In this document: positions 54,602-63,908 of the stretch, piece by piece
Layout of the letters: every line of letters begins with the position of its first letter
Numbering within the stretch: the stretch's first letter is position 1
Sequence record: NZ_CP041047.1
Reading direction: 5' to 3' (one strand)
Length of the DNA: 64,000 bases
Origin: a plasmid
Notes under the pieces: model-generated
Told to the model about the DNA's origin: nothing
The model's database searches: none
The model's input: the letters and a program-made list of their open reading frames with translations, nothing else
Translations under genes and position numbers: made by a program

Positions 54602-54621
54602 TACTGTATGGATATACAGCA
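54602..54621. promoter_or_regulatory. LexA (SOS) box TACTGTATGGATATACAGCA overlapping a TATAAT -10
   Basis: CTGT-N8-ACAG matches the SOS-box consensus and sits 20 bp upstream of the umuD-like start. Confidence 0.7.
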
Positions 54622-54640
54622 CCACGAAGAGCAGAGCATT

Positions 54641-55057
54641 ATGAAACTTATCCCAGTGACACAACAATCACCAGGCCAATTCCCGTTGTTCGTTGAGCCT
54701 GTCAGCGCAGGTTTCCCTTCAGTCGCTTCCGATTATGTTGATGAATTTATTGATCTAAATACTCACCTCATCAAACATCCATCTGCAACCTACTTCTTAC
54801 GAGTAACAGGTTCATCGATGGTAGAGGCACGTATTCACGAAGGCGATCTGGTCATCGTGGATAGCTCACTTGAGGCGAAAGAGGGGGATATTGTGATTGC
54901 GACCGTTGATGGTGATTTCACCATTAAGCGGTTGCAGCTAAGCCCGGCTCCCGCGCTACTGCCAATGAATAGCCGGATGTCACCGATCTATCTGAAAGAA
55001 GGCGAAGAACTGGCCATTTTTGGCGTGGTGACCTTCATCGTGTACAAGGCCTTGTGA
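54641..55057 (+). CDS. umuD: UmuD/MucA-family protein (LexA-like self-cleaving SOS mutagenesis protein)
   Basis: S24 peptidase region ([26 protein letters not shown]). The stop overlaps the umuC-like start (ATGA). Confidence 0.85.
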   Translation: MKLIPVTQQSPGQFPLFVEPVSAGFPSVASDYVDEFIDLNTHLIKHPSATYFLRVTGSSMVEARIHEGDLVIVDSSLEAKEGDIVIATVDGDFTIKRLQLSPAPALLPMNSRMSPIYLKEGEELAIFGVVTFIVYKAL

Positions 55058-56322
55058 TGTTCTGCCTGGTGGATTGCAACTCATTTTACGCCTCCTGCGA
55101 GAGAGTCTTTCGGCCCGATCTGGTGAACAAGCCAATTGTATGCCTTTCGAACAATGATGGCATGGTCGTGGCACGTTCAGCGGAAGCTAAAAAATTAGGT
55201 ATCCAGAATGGTGACGTGTACTTCCAGAAGAAAGCATTCTTTGAAGCTAACGGTGTACATGTTTTCAGTTCTAACTATGCCTTGTACGCGGAGATCTCCC
55301 GTAGGGTGTGTGAGACATTATTTAAATTCTCCAGTAATACTGAGGTCTACAGTATTGATGAAGTTTTCCTTTCGTTTGAAGGAATGCAGAAAAATTATAA
55401 TTTTGATGACTATGGAAGAGAAATAAAGAAAACCGTATTAAAGAGCACCCATATACCCGTGGGGGTGGGCATATCGACAACTAAAACTTTGGCAAAACTA
55501 GCAAATAAAGCTGCAAAAACATGGACTAAAACAGGCGGAGTGGTTGATCTCAGCAGTCCAGAAAGACAACGTAAATTATTGCCATATATTGACGTAAGCG
55601 ATGTCTGGGGGGTGGGCCGGAGATATGCCACCAGACTGAACAGCATGGGCATCAGGACTGCTCTCGATCTGGCCAATGCGCCAACATCGCTTATCCGTAA
55701 CACATTTGGAGTCGTACTGGAGCGAACGCAGCGCGAATTGAATGGCGAGTCCTGCATAGCCCTGGAAGAGGTGAGGAAGGTTAAGCAGCAGATCATCAGC
55801 TCGCGTTCATTCGGCCAGAAAATAGAGCACTACGAAGCAATGCACCAGGCGGTGTGTGAGTATGCCGAACGTGCAGGCGAGAAGCTGCGCGAAGAGAAGC
55901 AATACTGTCGCTGCATAACGGTTTTTATTGGCACAAGTTACTATTCGAAAACGGCCCCTTACAGTGGCCAGCAGACAGTCAAGCTGGAAAACCCCACCGC
56001 CGATACCCGGGAAATCATTGCGGCTGCGGTCGCAGGGCTCCGGCATATCTGGCAGGAGGGATACCGATACCATAAAGCCGGAGTGATGCTATCTGACTTT
56101 TATGATAGCGCCACCAGCCAGCTCGATTTGTTTGGTGAGAACCGACTCTTTGCCAATGGTGAAGCGTTGATGGGCGTGATGGATAGAATTAACCGGTCAG
56201 GTCGGGGGAAATTATGGTTTGCGGGCCAGGGCATCGACAAAGACTGGACGATGCGGCGGGAGTTATTGTCACCATCCTATCTCACTAACATTAATGAAAT
56301 CCCTCGCGTCAGGATTGGCTAA
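55054..56322 (+). CDS. umuC: UmuC/MucB-family Y-family DNA polymerase subunit
   Basis: The sequence [23 protein letters not shown]... and the [11 protein letters not shown] motif place it in the Y-family. Confidence 0.9.
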   Translation: MMFCLVDCNSFYASCERVFRPDLVNKPIVCLSNNDGMVVARSAEAKKLGIQNGDVYFQKKAFFEANGVHVFSSNYALYAEISRRVCETLFKFSSNTEVYSIDEVFLSFEGMQKNYNFDDYGREIKKTVLKSTHIPVGVGISTTKTLAKLANKAAKTWTKTGGVVDLSSPERQRKLLPYIDVSDVWGVGRRYATRLNSMGIRTALDLANAPTSLIRNTFGVVLERTQRELNGESCIALEEVRKVKQQIISSRSFGQKIEHYEAMHQAVCEYAERAGEKLREEKQYCRCITVFIGTSYYSKTAPYSGQQTVKLENPTADTREIIAAAVAGLRHIWQEGYRYHKAGVMLSDFYDSATSQLDLFGENRLFANGEALMGVMDRINRSGRGKLWFAGQGIDKDWTMRRELLSPSYLTNINEIPRVRIG

Positions 56323-56471
56323 TCAGCAGTGAAAACTTCATTCGTCATCGATAAAATTCGTCTGTAAACAAAACGAACTTGATATACTCGGTTTCGCTTG
56401 TTATGAGTATGTATGTACATACAGTCCTCCGTGCAGCGGAGGGAGTTTAGAGCCCTTTTTCGGGGATAGAA

Positions 56472-57362
56472 ATGAATATCTCAACAACTTTCCAGACGCT
56501 GGAGAGCGAGATCACACAACTTCGTGGAGTGCTGGGTTCCCGGCTTCCGCTCAAGGCGAGTGTCTGCGTCCTGCCAGCCGTTGCTGATGGCGAAGAAGAT
56601 ATGGCCATCGAACACATCATGCCTGAGCTGAAACAGGGACACGATGCTGTCCATGCTGCCTGCGCGGCATACGCTGACCTGCATATCAGGGATGGCTATT
56701 CGCAGAAGTCCGCTCGGCGCACTACCGGCGTATTATGGTACGACAATACAGATGCGGAATTCTCTCAGCTGGTTACCCGTTTGGTGACATCCATCAACCA
56801 GCATAAAGAGAGCATTCAACGCCACATCATCGAAAACTACGGTGGTGATCGCCGACCGGAATACATGCGCTTCAACGCGCTGCATAGCGCCTGCCCTGGT
56901 GTCATGACCCTGCATCTCTATCGGCAGCTGCGTATGTTTGATAATGCTAACGTCAATCTGGTCAGTTTCGGCTGGAGGCAAAAGACGCTTTTTAGCAGGG
57001 TTAACAAAATCGAGTTGCTCCAGAAGATGGGCAAGGACATCGAGGAAGATGAAGATAAATCAGTCAGACTCAACTCGTTGATTAAGGCTATTGCGCGTGT
57101 ACCGGAAGAAAAGCTTCGCTTACGCCGTCCGGTTAAAGTGCATCCAGCTGCAAACATCGCGATGGCTGATCCTGAACACCCCGACCAGATACTGCGTCTT
57201 TCTGCCGCTTCATCTATGCCGTTCATTATCATTCAGGATGAGCACGTGAAAATTCGGCCATTGCCAGAGTTCGTGGCCAATGAAGTAAAGCCGAGGAGTA
57301 ACCGCCTCAAGACAGATGTGATCGGTATATTCCACGGCGAAAGTATCGAAATGATTCTCTGA
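56472..57362 (+). CDS. tus: Tus-like replication-terminus-binding protein homologue (divergent)
   Basis: Blocks align with E. coli Tus: NISTTFQTLESEI/RLNTTFRQMEQEL, GVLWYDNTD/GVLCYQVDN, PGVMTLHLYRQL/PGLITLNAYRTL, FGWRQK/FGWANK and RPVKVHPAA/RPVKVQPIA. Confidence 0.65.
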   Translation: MNISTTFQTLESEITQLRGVLGSRLPLKASVCVLPAVADGEEDMAIEHIMPELKQGHDAVHAACAAYADLHIRDGYSQKSARRTTGVLWYDNTDAEFSQLVTRLVTSINQHKESIQRHIIENYGGDRRPEYMRFNALHSACPGVMTLHLYRQLRMFDNANVNLVSFGWRQKTLFSRVNKIELLQKMGKDIEEDEDKSVRLNSLIKAIARVPEEKLRLRRPVKVHPAANIAMADPEHPDQILRLSAASSMPFIIIQDEHVKIRPLPEFVANEVKPRSNRLKTDVIGIFHGESIEMIL

Positions 57363-57455
57363 CCACACCGGCCAAAGGACTGGCCGTATTCCCCCCTCAT
57401 AATTTCGTCACTCGCCGTCCATGCCATACCCTGAAACTAATATTGAAAATTCATT

Positions 57456-58055
57456 ATGTTCAGCAAGGAATGTGGCGTGAAATACTTTGAATGTGCGCTC
57501 AGGTTCAGAATCGCCCCAGGTGACGTGTATGGGATCCACCAGCAACTGGATAAGGTAGTCCAGGAACGTTCTGGGTCGCGACTCCCATACACCTTCTACT
57601 CTCGCAAACAAAGTGCCTCCGACACCCAGGTTGTTCTGAGAACGGCTGTTGCACTCGGGCTCCCTGGCGAAGTCATGAAGGAAATCATGTTTGTGTCTGG
57701 CCAGAAAATTCGAATCTGCGGCTCGCTGGCCACTATTCGACGCGAGGAAGCTGGAGGCCGGAAAAGAGAGATTTGTCCACCTGCCCATGAACTCCCGGAT
57801 TATATCCACTATCACCTGGAACGGGCCGGAGTGATCTGTGGACGGTTACGTATCGTTCGAAGCACCAAGTTCCATATTATTAAGCCCGGGAGCGTTGGCC
57901 GTACATCCCACAAGATCATTGTACCGATGAGCCAGTACGATGCTGAATGCGTGATTGAAGATGTCGGCGCACTTGAACAGGCATACGCTTTCGGGATCGG
58001 CAGAAAGCGGATATTCGGCTTTGGCTATATGAACAGCATCGAAGTGCTTTCCTGA
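57456..58055 (+). CDS. Cas6-family (Cas6e/Cas6f-like) endoribonuclease homologue, orphan
   Basis: The catalytic-His context DVYGIHQQL matches CasE DLYQLHQGL and Csy4 LFGKLHQAL, an R-S-T-K-F-H-I motif parallels Csy4 LRSQSTGQHFRL, and the C-terminus has the Gly-rich loop GIGRKRIFGFG (GhGxxxxxGhG). No repeats or other cas genes lie nearby. Confidence 0.5.
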   Translation: MFSKECGVKYFECALRFRIAPGDVYGIHQQLDKVVQERSGSRLPYTFYSRKQSASDTQVVLRTAVALGLPGEVMKEIMFVSGQKIRICGSLATIRREEAGGRKREICPPAHELPDYIHYHLERAGVICGRLRIVRSTKFHIIKPGSVGRTSHKIIVPMSQYDAECVIEDVGALEQAYAFGIGRKRIFGFGYMNSIEVLS

Positions 58056-58343
58056 ACAGGCCATTAAGCATAGTTATTATCTGAATTTCAAACCGACTCG
58101 CAAACTTACGGCATTAACACTTCTGATACACCCTTTAAATGCTGTAAACTGTTGTAGCCCTTACTAAATCGTAAGAGTGGGGATTTGCAGCCCCGACTAA
58201 TGACACGCCGTTCATGTACTTGAACGGTTCGCACTCGCTCGCCTGTTTTTTGTCAATGGTGGGTCGGGGCGTGGGAGCCTTACGGCTCGCCAGTCGTCAT
58301 TAGCTGGTACTGCAAACCATGTTCCGATTCACCACCAAAGGAA

Positions 58344-58601
58344 ATGGAGATGGAAAAACAGGACTGGCATAAGGCAGACATCATAGCTGCGCTACATAAG
58401 AAAGGTTTGTCACTTGCCTCACTGAGTAGGGCTAACGGTCTTTCAAGCAGCACTCTGGCAAATGCACTGACACGTGACTGGCCTAGAGGCGAGATCATCA
58501 TCGCTAATGCAATTGGTGAAGAACCTCAAGAAATATGGCCAACCCGATATTTTGATAAGGCAGGAATGCCGATCAAGAGAATCATAAGAAAACCGGTTTA
58601 A
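58344..58601 (+). CDS. Ner/Nlp-family DNA-binding protein
   Basis: WHKADIIAALHKKGLSLASLSRANGLSSSTLANALTRDWPRGEIIIANAIG closely parallels E. coli Nlp/SfsB and Mu Ner. Confidence 0.8.
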   Translation: MEMEKQDWHKADIIAALHKKGLSLASLSRANGLSSSTLANALTRDWPRGEIIIANAIGEEPQEIWPTRYFDKAGMPIKRIIRKPV

Positions 58602-58771
58602 ATGAAAAAGGCTGGCATTTTTGCTGGCCTTATATACCTCCTGGCTCTGCTACTGAAACCACTAACACCGATCAAATGGTCATCAGCGAAATACCCCGTT
58701 CATTTCTATTGACCTCTTTACCTCCATGTAATCAAATTGATGGAATAATAACGGTTACGAGAGACAAACTG

Positions 58772-59263
58772 ATGACGGTGTTATCTGCCCCTGAAATGCG
58801 CTTTGGAACCAAACAGGATGTTCCCTTTATCATAGCGGTGATTCGCGACGGTATGCGGGATGGGTATTTTAACTTTGATGATGATGACGGACTGTCTCAG
58901 TTCGAAAGTCAGATCTCAGAAGCCATTGCCAGGCGGGAACGGGGAGAGAATTGCGCCGATTTCTTGTTTGTCTTTGATGCTCAACATAATGGCGCAGCGA
59001 TAGGTTTTGCCCTACTGACGGGCAAAAATGGTGCAAATGGACTTGCTTCACATCTGGAAATCAGGATGTTTGGTGTTACCAGGAGTCAAAGACAAAAAGG
59101 ATTTGGGCGCTCCATGTTGCAAAGTATTCTGGATGCTACTCCCGGCCATAAAGTGGAGGCATCCTGTCTTCCTGCATCAGTTGTCATGGCCAGGATGCTG
59201 ACTAATGCGGGTTTTCACGTCAAAGAGATAAGCCCGTTTGGAAAGCGTACTTTCAGACGCTAA
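58772..59263 (+). CDS. GNAT-family N-acetyltransferase
   Basis: Acetyl-CoA-binding motif (RSQRQKGFGRSMLQSIL). The likely start is MTVLSAPE, and the ORF-track start at 58676 is probably too early. Confidence 0.55.
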   Translation: MTVLSAPEMRFGTKQDVPFIIAVIRDGMRDGYFNFDDDDGLSQFESQISEAIARRERGENCADFLFVFDAQHNGAAIGFALLTGKNGANGLASHLEIRMFGVTRSQRQKGFGRSMLQSILDATPGHKVEASCLPASVVMARMLTNAGFHVKEISPFGKRTFRR

Positions 59264-59348
59264 TGTAAAATTCAGATAAAAAAACCGGCTGACGAATTCA
59301 GTCGGTTTAGTAATCCTGCAAAAGGATGCTGGACAGCGACGGACGACT

Positions 59349-60125
59349 TCAGAGCTGTGGCAATGGCCCCTGGTTATCTTCAGTCGCAGCCTGGTCTTTA
59401 TCCGGGGTGGCCGTTGCAGTCCGCGAGGCATCAAATGAGACCGTTGGGTCGCTGAGAGTCAGGATGCCAGTGTCTTCAACTTCTCGCGTTGTCAGCGTAA
59501 GCTCAGATTTACTGTCATCACACTTATTCGTTTTCTCCGCCAGTGCCTTGCACCAGATATAACGACCTCTCTGGGCATCAGAGACTGAAGGCTCTCCATA
59601 TTTCTCGATCGCCGACTTCAGTAAGAGATCAGGGTTGCTGAATGAAAAGCGGATTTTGTAAGCCACCGGCTCAATGGGGTCAACTGCCGTATCGGGGATA
59701 AAATAGACCACCGTCTCCTGGTGAGCATCTCCCCAGAAAATACTATTCAATGAGTTGTTACTGTAGCGCTTTTGAATTTCTTCACCAGCAGACTGGCCAA
59801 GTTTGTCAGTGATAGCAGTGATCGCTTCAGAAGCTGTCATCCGCAGGCTTACCGGCCCTATAGAAAAAGACATAACATCAAAGCTATTCAGGGGGGTAAT
59901 GGTGCTTTCTGGAGCGGTAGATGAATCGGGTACGTCATCACTGTACAGACTGTCATCCCCCGGAGAAGGCGTTACAGGTGCTGAATTTTGGATGTCAGGT
60001 GTGTAGCTGGGATCGGGAGCGTATAGGCCCATTGTATCATTCTGTACAGCAGAATATACCGAAGCGGTCGGCAGGACGGTAAGGAGCGCAAGGGCGCAGT
60101 ATCCAAGGTATCTGGTCATATTCAC
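59349..60125 (-). CDS. Secreted hypothetical protein with a Pro/Ser/Thr-rich linker
   Basis: An N-terminal signal peptide (MNMTRYLGYCALALLTVLPTASVYSA) is followed by a low-complexity PST-rich region. Confidence 0.5.
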   Translation of the reverse strand: MNMTRYLGYCALALLTVLPTASVYSAVQNDTMGLYAPDPSYTPDIQNSAPVTPSPGDDSLYSDDVPDSSTAPESTITPLNSFDVMSFSIGPVSLRMTASEAITAITDKLGQSAGEEIQKRYSNNSLNSIFWGDAHQETVVYFIPDTAVDPIEPVAYKIRFSFSNPDLLLKSAIEKYGEPSVSDAQRGRYIWCKALAEKTNKCDDSKSELTLTTREVEDTGILTLSDPTVSFDASRTATATPDKDQAATEDNQGPLPQL

Positions 60126-60388
60126 CTCGTCAGTAGCAGTTGTCCTACTGTAACAGCGCGAGGTTTGAGAACATCATGGAAATGGGGTCAAAGCGGGGCG
60201 AAAAACAAGCCTGATTCACATGGCTTACGTAGCAGCATGGAGATCTCCTGAAGTCGGAGAAAATGAGTCAGATAACGCGAATATCGAAAATGGAACGAAG
60301 TACTTAATTACCTAACAGGAGGTACATGTTAACCTGACGAACATTGCTTACTGCCTATTTGTAGATTCAGGCTACAGGGAGAATCCAA

Positions 60389-60790
60389 GTGCCAAACTGC
60401 ATACCCCTTAATCCGGTATTACCTAAAAACTTCGACGATACACCTAATGAAAAGCGCTCAAAGTCTCAGCTTGATGCCTGGTGGGATCATCCATATGGCA
60501 TTACTTGCCCGGACGGGAAAATCACTGTTCGATGCCTGAATGGAGGAGCTTGGGATCGTTCGACAGTGCTGGGAGTAGCGGACAATTACGAAGAAGCCTG
60601 CGAGCTCGCAGAGCGCGAGCAATCAGCATGGGTCAAACGCCGTGCGGAGCCAATATTCTACTATAGCGGTGAAGCTCCATTCAGAGCGATAAGGGATGCA
60701 CAACGTCCTGATCAGGAGCAGACCTTTGTCGCGTCTTTTGACACGCAAGATGAGCTAATCAGCTGGCTTAATAGTCAGAAAACCAGTTAA
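60389..60790 (+). CDS. Hypothetical protein carrying a weak ArdA-N-terminal-like motif
   Basis: GAWDRSTVLGVADNYEEACELA parallels ArdA GAWLDLTTFSDKETFYEACREL with identical spacing of GAW...T...EAC..L. This is weak, motif-level evidence only. Confidence 0.4.
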   Translation: MPNCIPLNPVLPKNFDDTPNEKRSKSQLDAWWDHPYGITCPDGKITVRCLNGGAWDRSTVLGVADNYEEACELAEREQSAWVKRRAEPIFYYSGEAPFRAIRDAQRPDQEQTFVASFDTQDELISWLNSQKTS

Positions 60791-60975
60791 TACCAAGTCT
60801 GGAAGTCTGCTTCTCAACAGACTTCCACATTTGATTATCAAGCTCCCCATAATTTGGGTTCAGTATAAACATTCCATTACGTTCTATTCCCCTCATTACA
60901 TTCATCTATCCGTAAATTTCGTTAGCCAGCACATCGGGGTGATACTGATGTCAGGTAAACAAAACGGATGCAAAA

Positions 60976-61266
60976 ATGCAGACATGTTCGGAAGTCCTGG
61001 CGGTTGAAATATTCAATCAAGTTGGACGTGAGGCAGCTATTGCTCAATATAACTTAATTTGTGAAATAGCCCAGCGACGTTACGAAGACAGCCTGGCCAA
61101 ATATGGTTCCGTGCCAGCTGGTTTCACCGCGCTCAATTTCCTCCATCCGGCAGAACTTCAGGAGCGTTACATCCTGGGGTTGGGAATTCAGCTTTGTATC
61201 GATGAGCAGCATGAAGCCAGGGAACGGGTTTTAGCTCGCTGCCTGGCAAGAAAAAGGGCCGCATAA
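60976..61266 (+). CDS. Hypothetical protein
   Basis: 96 aa ORF in the low-GC block with no recognisable motifs. Confidence 0.35.
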   Translation: MQTCSEVLAVEIFNQVGREAAIAQYNLICEIAQRRYEDSLAKYGSVPAGFTALNFLHPAELQERYILGLGIQLCIDEQHEARERVLARCLARKRAA

Positions 61267-61334
61267 ACAGGTGATAAAACAACTCAGCTATAGCTGAACA
61301 CGCACTAATTGGCTATGTTAACAAAACGAACAAG

Positions 61335-61580
61335 GTGGCGATTATGTACAGTGAATCTATCGATCGTGCTATCAGTATCCTCAAGGACGCGGGCGAAAAA
61401 ATCGGTATGGAACTGGGTAGTAATGTGACATCTCAGGAATCAGAACTGCTTGAGGATGCGCTGGTGGGCCTGACTAAAGTTAAAGGGCAACTCTGCGGTA
61501 ATCACTCCTTAACTGATGTAAAAGCGGACGTCGTGCCTTTTAGTCTCAGTTCGACGAAGAACGTCGATAGCCCGCATTAA
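61335..61580 (+). CDS. Hypothetical protein
   Basis: 81 aa ORF with no recognisable motifs. Confidence 0.3.
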   Translation: MAIMYSESIDRAISILKDAGEKIGMELGSNVTSQESELLEDALVGLTKVKGQLCGNHSLTDVKADVVPFSLSSTKNVDSPH

Positions 61581-61609
61581 TTAACAACCACCAACTGGAC
61601 GGAAGGGAT

Positions 61610-62161
61610 ATGACTGAAGACAACGCCGGTAGTGTTTCTGGAAAAGCACAGAACGCCCCAAAAGCAAATGCCCACCTGGACAGGCTCTTTGATTTCATTG
61701 TGACAGAAATCAAAGAGCAGGGTGCAGCACCGTCTTACGAGCAGATCTGTTCTTCTCTGGGGTATTCAAAAGGGCTCGTTTCCCGGCGTATCCGGCAGTT
61801 GCATGACCAGGGACGAATCATTATCGATGGTGAAAGAAAGTCTATGACGCTGCGCGTAGCGAAAGGACAAGGTCATGATGACATTGCCGAACTCCCGGAC
61901 ATGACCAGTGACAGGAAAGCAATCATCACGTATGTCAAAAAATACATGAACAGAAATGGTGGCCGTGGGCCATCAGTTCACGCAATAGGGAAAGCGCTCG
62001 GCTTCTCGAATAACAAGGCGCGTAGACATGTGGACTATCTCGACGAAGTAGAGAGGGTACGTTACAGCCCTCATCTTAATGAAGTAATCGTTATCAATCA
62101 GGGTGATTACGTTAAAATTACCCAGGACAACGATGAACCACCGAGCCCGGCAGAAGGTTAG
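61610..62161 (+). CDS. Hypothetical DNA-binding protein with two tandem LexA-type winged-helix domains
   Basis: The internal repeat is YEQICSSLGYSKGLVSRRIRQLHDQGRI versus VHAIGKALGFSNNKARRHVDYLDEVERV. Confidence 0.45.
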   Translation: MTEDNAGSVSGKAQNAPKANAHLDRLFDFIVTEIKEQGAAPSYEQICSSLGYSKGLVSRRIRQLHDQGRIIIDGERKSMTLRVAKGQGHDDIAELPDMTSDRKAIITYVKKYMNRNGGRGPSVHAIGKALGFSNNKARRHVDYLDEVERVRYSPHLNEVIVINQGDYVKITQDNDEPPSPAEG

Positions 62162-62163
62162 CC

Positions 62164-62379
62164 ATGATTCGCATATGGAGAGAAGTTGTAAACGTAAAGG
62201 TTCAGGACGGGAGCCGTAACGGACGAATCTGGTTTCTTGAACTTTCGTGTGGCCATCATGCTGTCAGACGTATACCTCGATTACGTCTGCATAATCTGAC
62301 GCAATTCGAACGACTTGAGCCACCAGCTAAATGTCACTGTGTATTGTGTGAAATAGATGCTATTGCAGGACAAAAATAG
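62164..62379 (+). CDS. Hypothetical small Cys/His-rich (zinc-finger-like) protein
   Basis: 71 aa with a C..HH...C.C.C pattern. It starts 2 bp after the preceding gene and is probably co-transcribed. Confidence 0.35.
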   Translation: MIRIWREVVNVKVQDGSRNGRIWFLELSCGHHAVRRIPRLRLHNLTQFERLEPPAKCHCVLCEIDAIAGQK

Positions 62380-62487
62380 CAATAAACACAACATAAAAGC
62401 CCTCAATTTGTCCCCATTGTTTTTAGCCTGACAGCATTGGTACTGATAGCCTAATCATATTTAAACGCATAACCCTATGGTGGACAT

Positions 62488-62892
62488 ATGAAAAAAGCTG
62501 TTTTTGGCCTTTTAGCACTATTGCCCTTCATAACCAGCGCAGAATCGATCGATCCGAACGATTTCTATGCTCAGCAGCCTTCTCAAAACTACCAACAACC
62601 TGCTGCCAGCGAGCAACAGGACGATGCTGACAATTCCAGTGACCAGACAGCTGCGATCGTATTGAACCTGGAAAGTTACAAACCGCTGGGGAATTTTGTA
62701 GTCCCCCAGGGAGTAGAACGCCCATTCATTGGTCTTATTAACAGCAAAATTTTCATACTGTCTGAGCAACCAGATAAACGCTTGGCTGGCCTATGGATAG
62801 GTCGTAGTCAGGATGGTCGTGAAGCACTTTGTGGTTACCTGAACAACAGTATGCAGGTCAGAAAATGTTATTACATCTTATATCGTGAGTAA
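62488..62892 (+). CDS. Secreted hypothetical protein
   Basis: Signal peptide MKKAVFGLLALLPFITSA followed by a Gln/Asp-rich linker. Confidence 0.45.
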   Translation: MKKAVFGLLALLPFITSAESIDPNDFYAQQPSQNYQQPAASEQQDDADNSSDQTAAIVLNLESYKPLGNFVVPQGVERPFIGLINSKIFILSEQPDKRLAGLWIGRSQDGREALCGYLNNSMQVRKCYYILYRE

Positions 62893-62918
62893 AAAATGGG
62901 GCCGTAGCCCCATTTATT

Positions 62919-63908
62919 TTAATGTTTGAATGAGGGTATAAAGGGTATTACTGGATTTGTTCCTAGCGAAGCTAATTCGTTAGGCGCAAGATAACGTCGC
63001 AGTTCAGTAATCAATATATCAACTGATTTATCCCAGCCATCTCTCACAATGTTTAGAATGTGCCGAGCTGGATAATGTGTTAGAAAAGGATGGTTGGGGC
63101 CAAATTTATTAAGGTGTTCAATAGTACCTATTGCATCGAGATAATCTGTAACAAGATGGTGTTCTGACTCAAAAATAGCGACAAATTTATAACCATCAGC
63201 AGCGTTTACCCACTGGCAAGTACAGTCATTAAGCTGAAATTGATTAGAACGTTTTTCCCCCTTGGGTTTAGGATTGACTCCAATACCAAAAGACAAATAC
63301 AAACCTTTCCTTCCCCAGAAGGCCGGTCTCTTCAAGTCCTGACCATTGTTTCCTTCGACCTCTCCAAGAATGCCAAACAAAGTAGCTGATTCTTGGTTAG
63401 GATTCGTTCTCATACGGAAAAGAATGCATAGATCTGCAAACTTTAAGCTATTATAAACTGAATTATAAAAGACATTCTCATGGCCAAGTAGATAAGGATT
63501 ATGCTCTACCGCAAAATTAGTGCCACTTCTAAAGTCACGGCAGCTAATGAATACACCAAACTGGCTCATATTAGCGAGGATATCGACATTGCGATAATCA
63601 GACAAATTAATAAGTATAGTATTTAAGACTTCTCTACCTTCATAACTCATCAGATAGTGGCAGAGCAAATTTTGTAGACCGAAGTTTCTGAACTGATCTT
63701 TAATTAAAGAAAAATATCCTTCACCAGCTAATGAAACTAGGTTTCTCATTGTTGGTGTATGTTTCCCCATGAGAGGGGAATTAAAACGTACCTTCATCCG
63801 GTTATTATCATAAAGGGTTTCAATAATTGAGCAAAAGTGCATCGCCCAATACGCGTTGTTATCACCAATTAAACCGGGTTTCACTACAGTAGTTTTAGAA
63901 AAATCCAT
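62919..63908 (-). CDS. Hypothetical protein (about 329 aa, very low GC, no recognisable family)
   Basis: Long uninterrupted ORF of about 37% GC with likely start MDFSKTTVV. It is convergent with the upstream plus-strand genes. Confidence 0.45.
   Translation of the reverse strand: MDFSKTTVVKPGLIGDNNAYWAMHFCSIIETLYDNNRMKVRFNSPLMGKHTPTMRNLVSLAGEGYFSLIKDQFRNFGLQNLLCHYLMSYEGREVLNTILINLSDYRNVDILANMSQFGVFISCRDFRSGTNFAVEHNPYLLGHENVFYNSVYNSLKFADLCILFRMRTNPNQESATLFGILGEVEGNNGQDLKRPAFWGRKGLYLSFGIGVNPKPKGEKRSNQFQLNDCTCQWVNAADGYKFVAIFESEHHLVTDYLDAIGTIEHLNKFGPNHPFLTHYPARHILNIVRDGWDKSVDILITELRRYLAPNELASLGTNPVIPFIPSFKH

Noticed and set aside
58056-58343. CRISPR array expected near the Cas6-like gene.
   Set aside because: No direct repeats of 24-40 bp with regular spacing occur here or elsewhere in the window.
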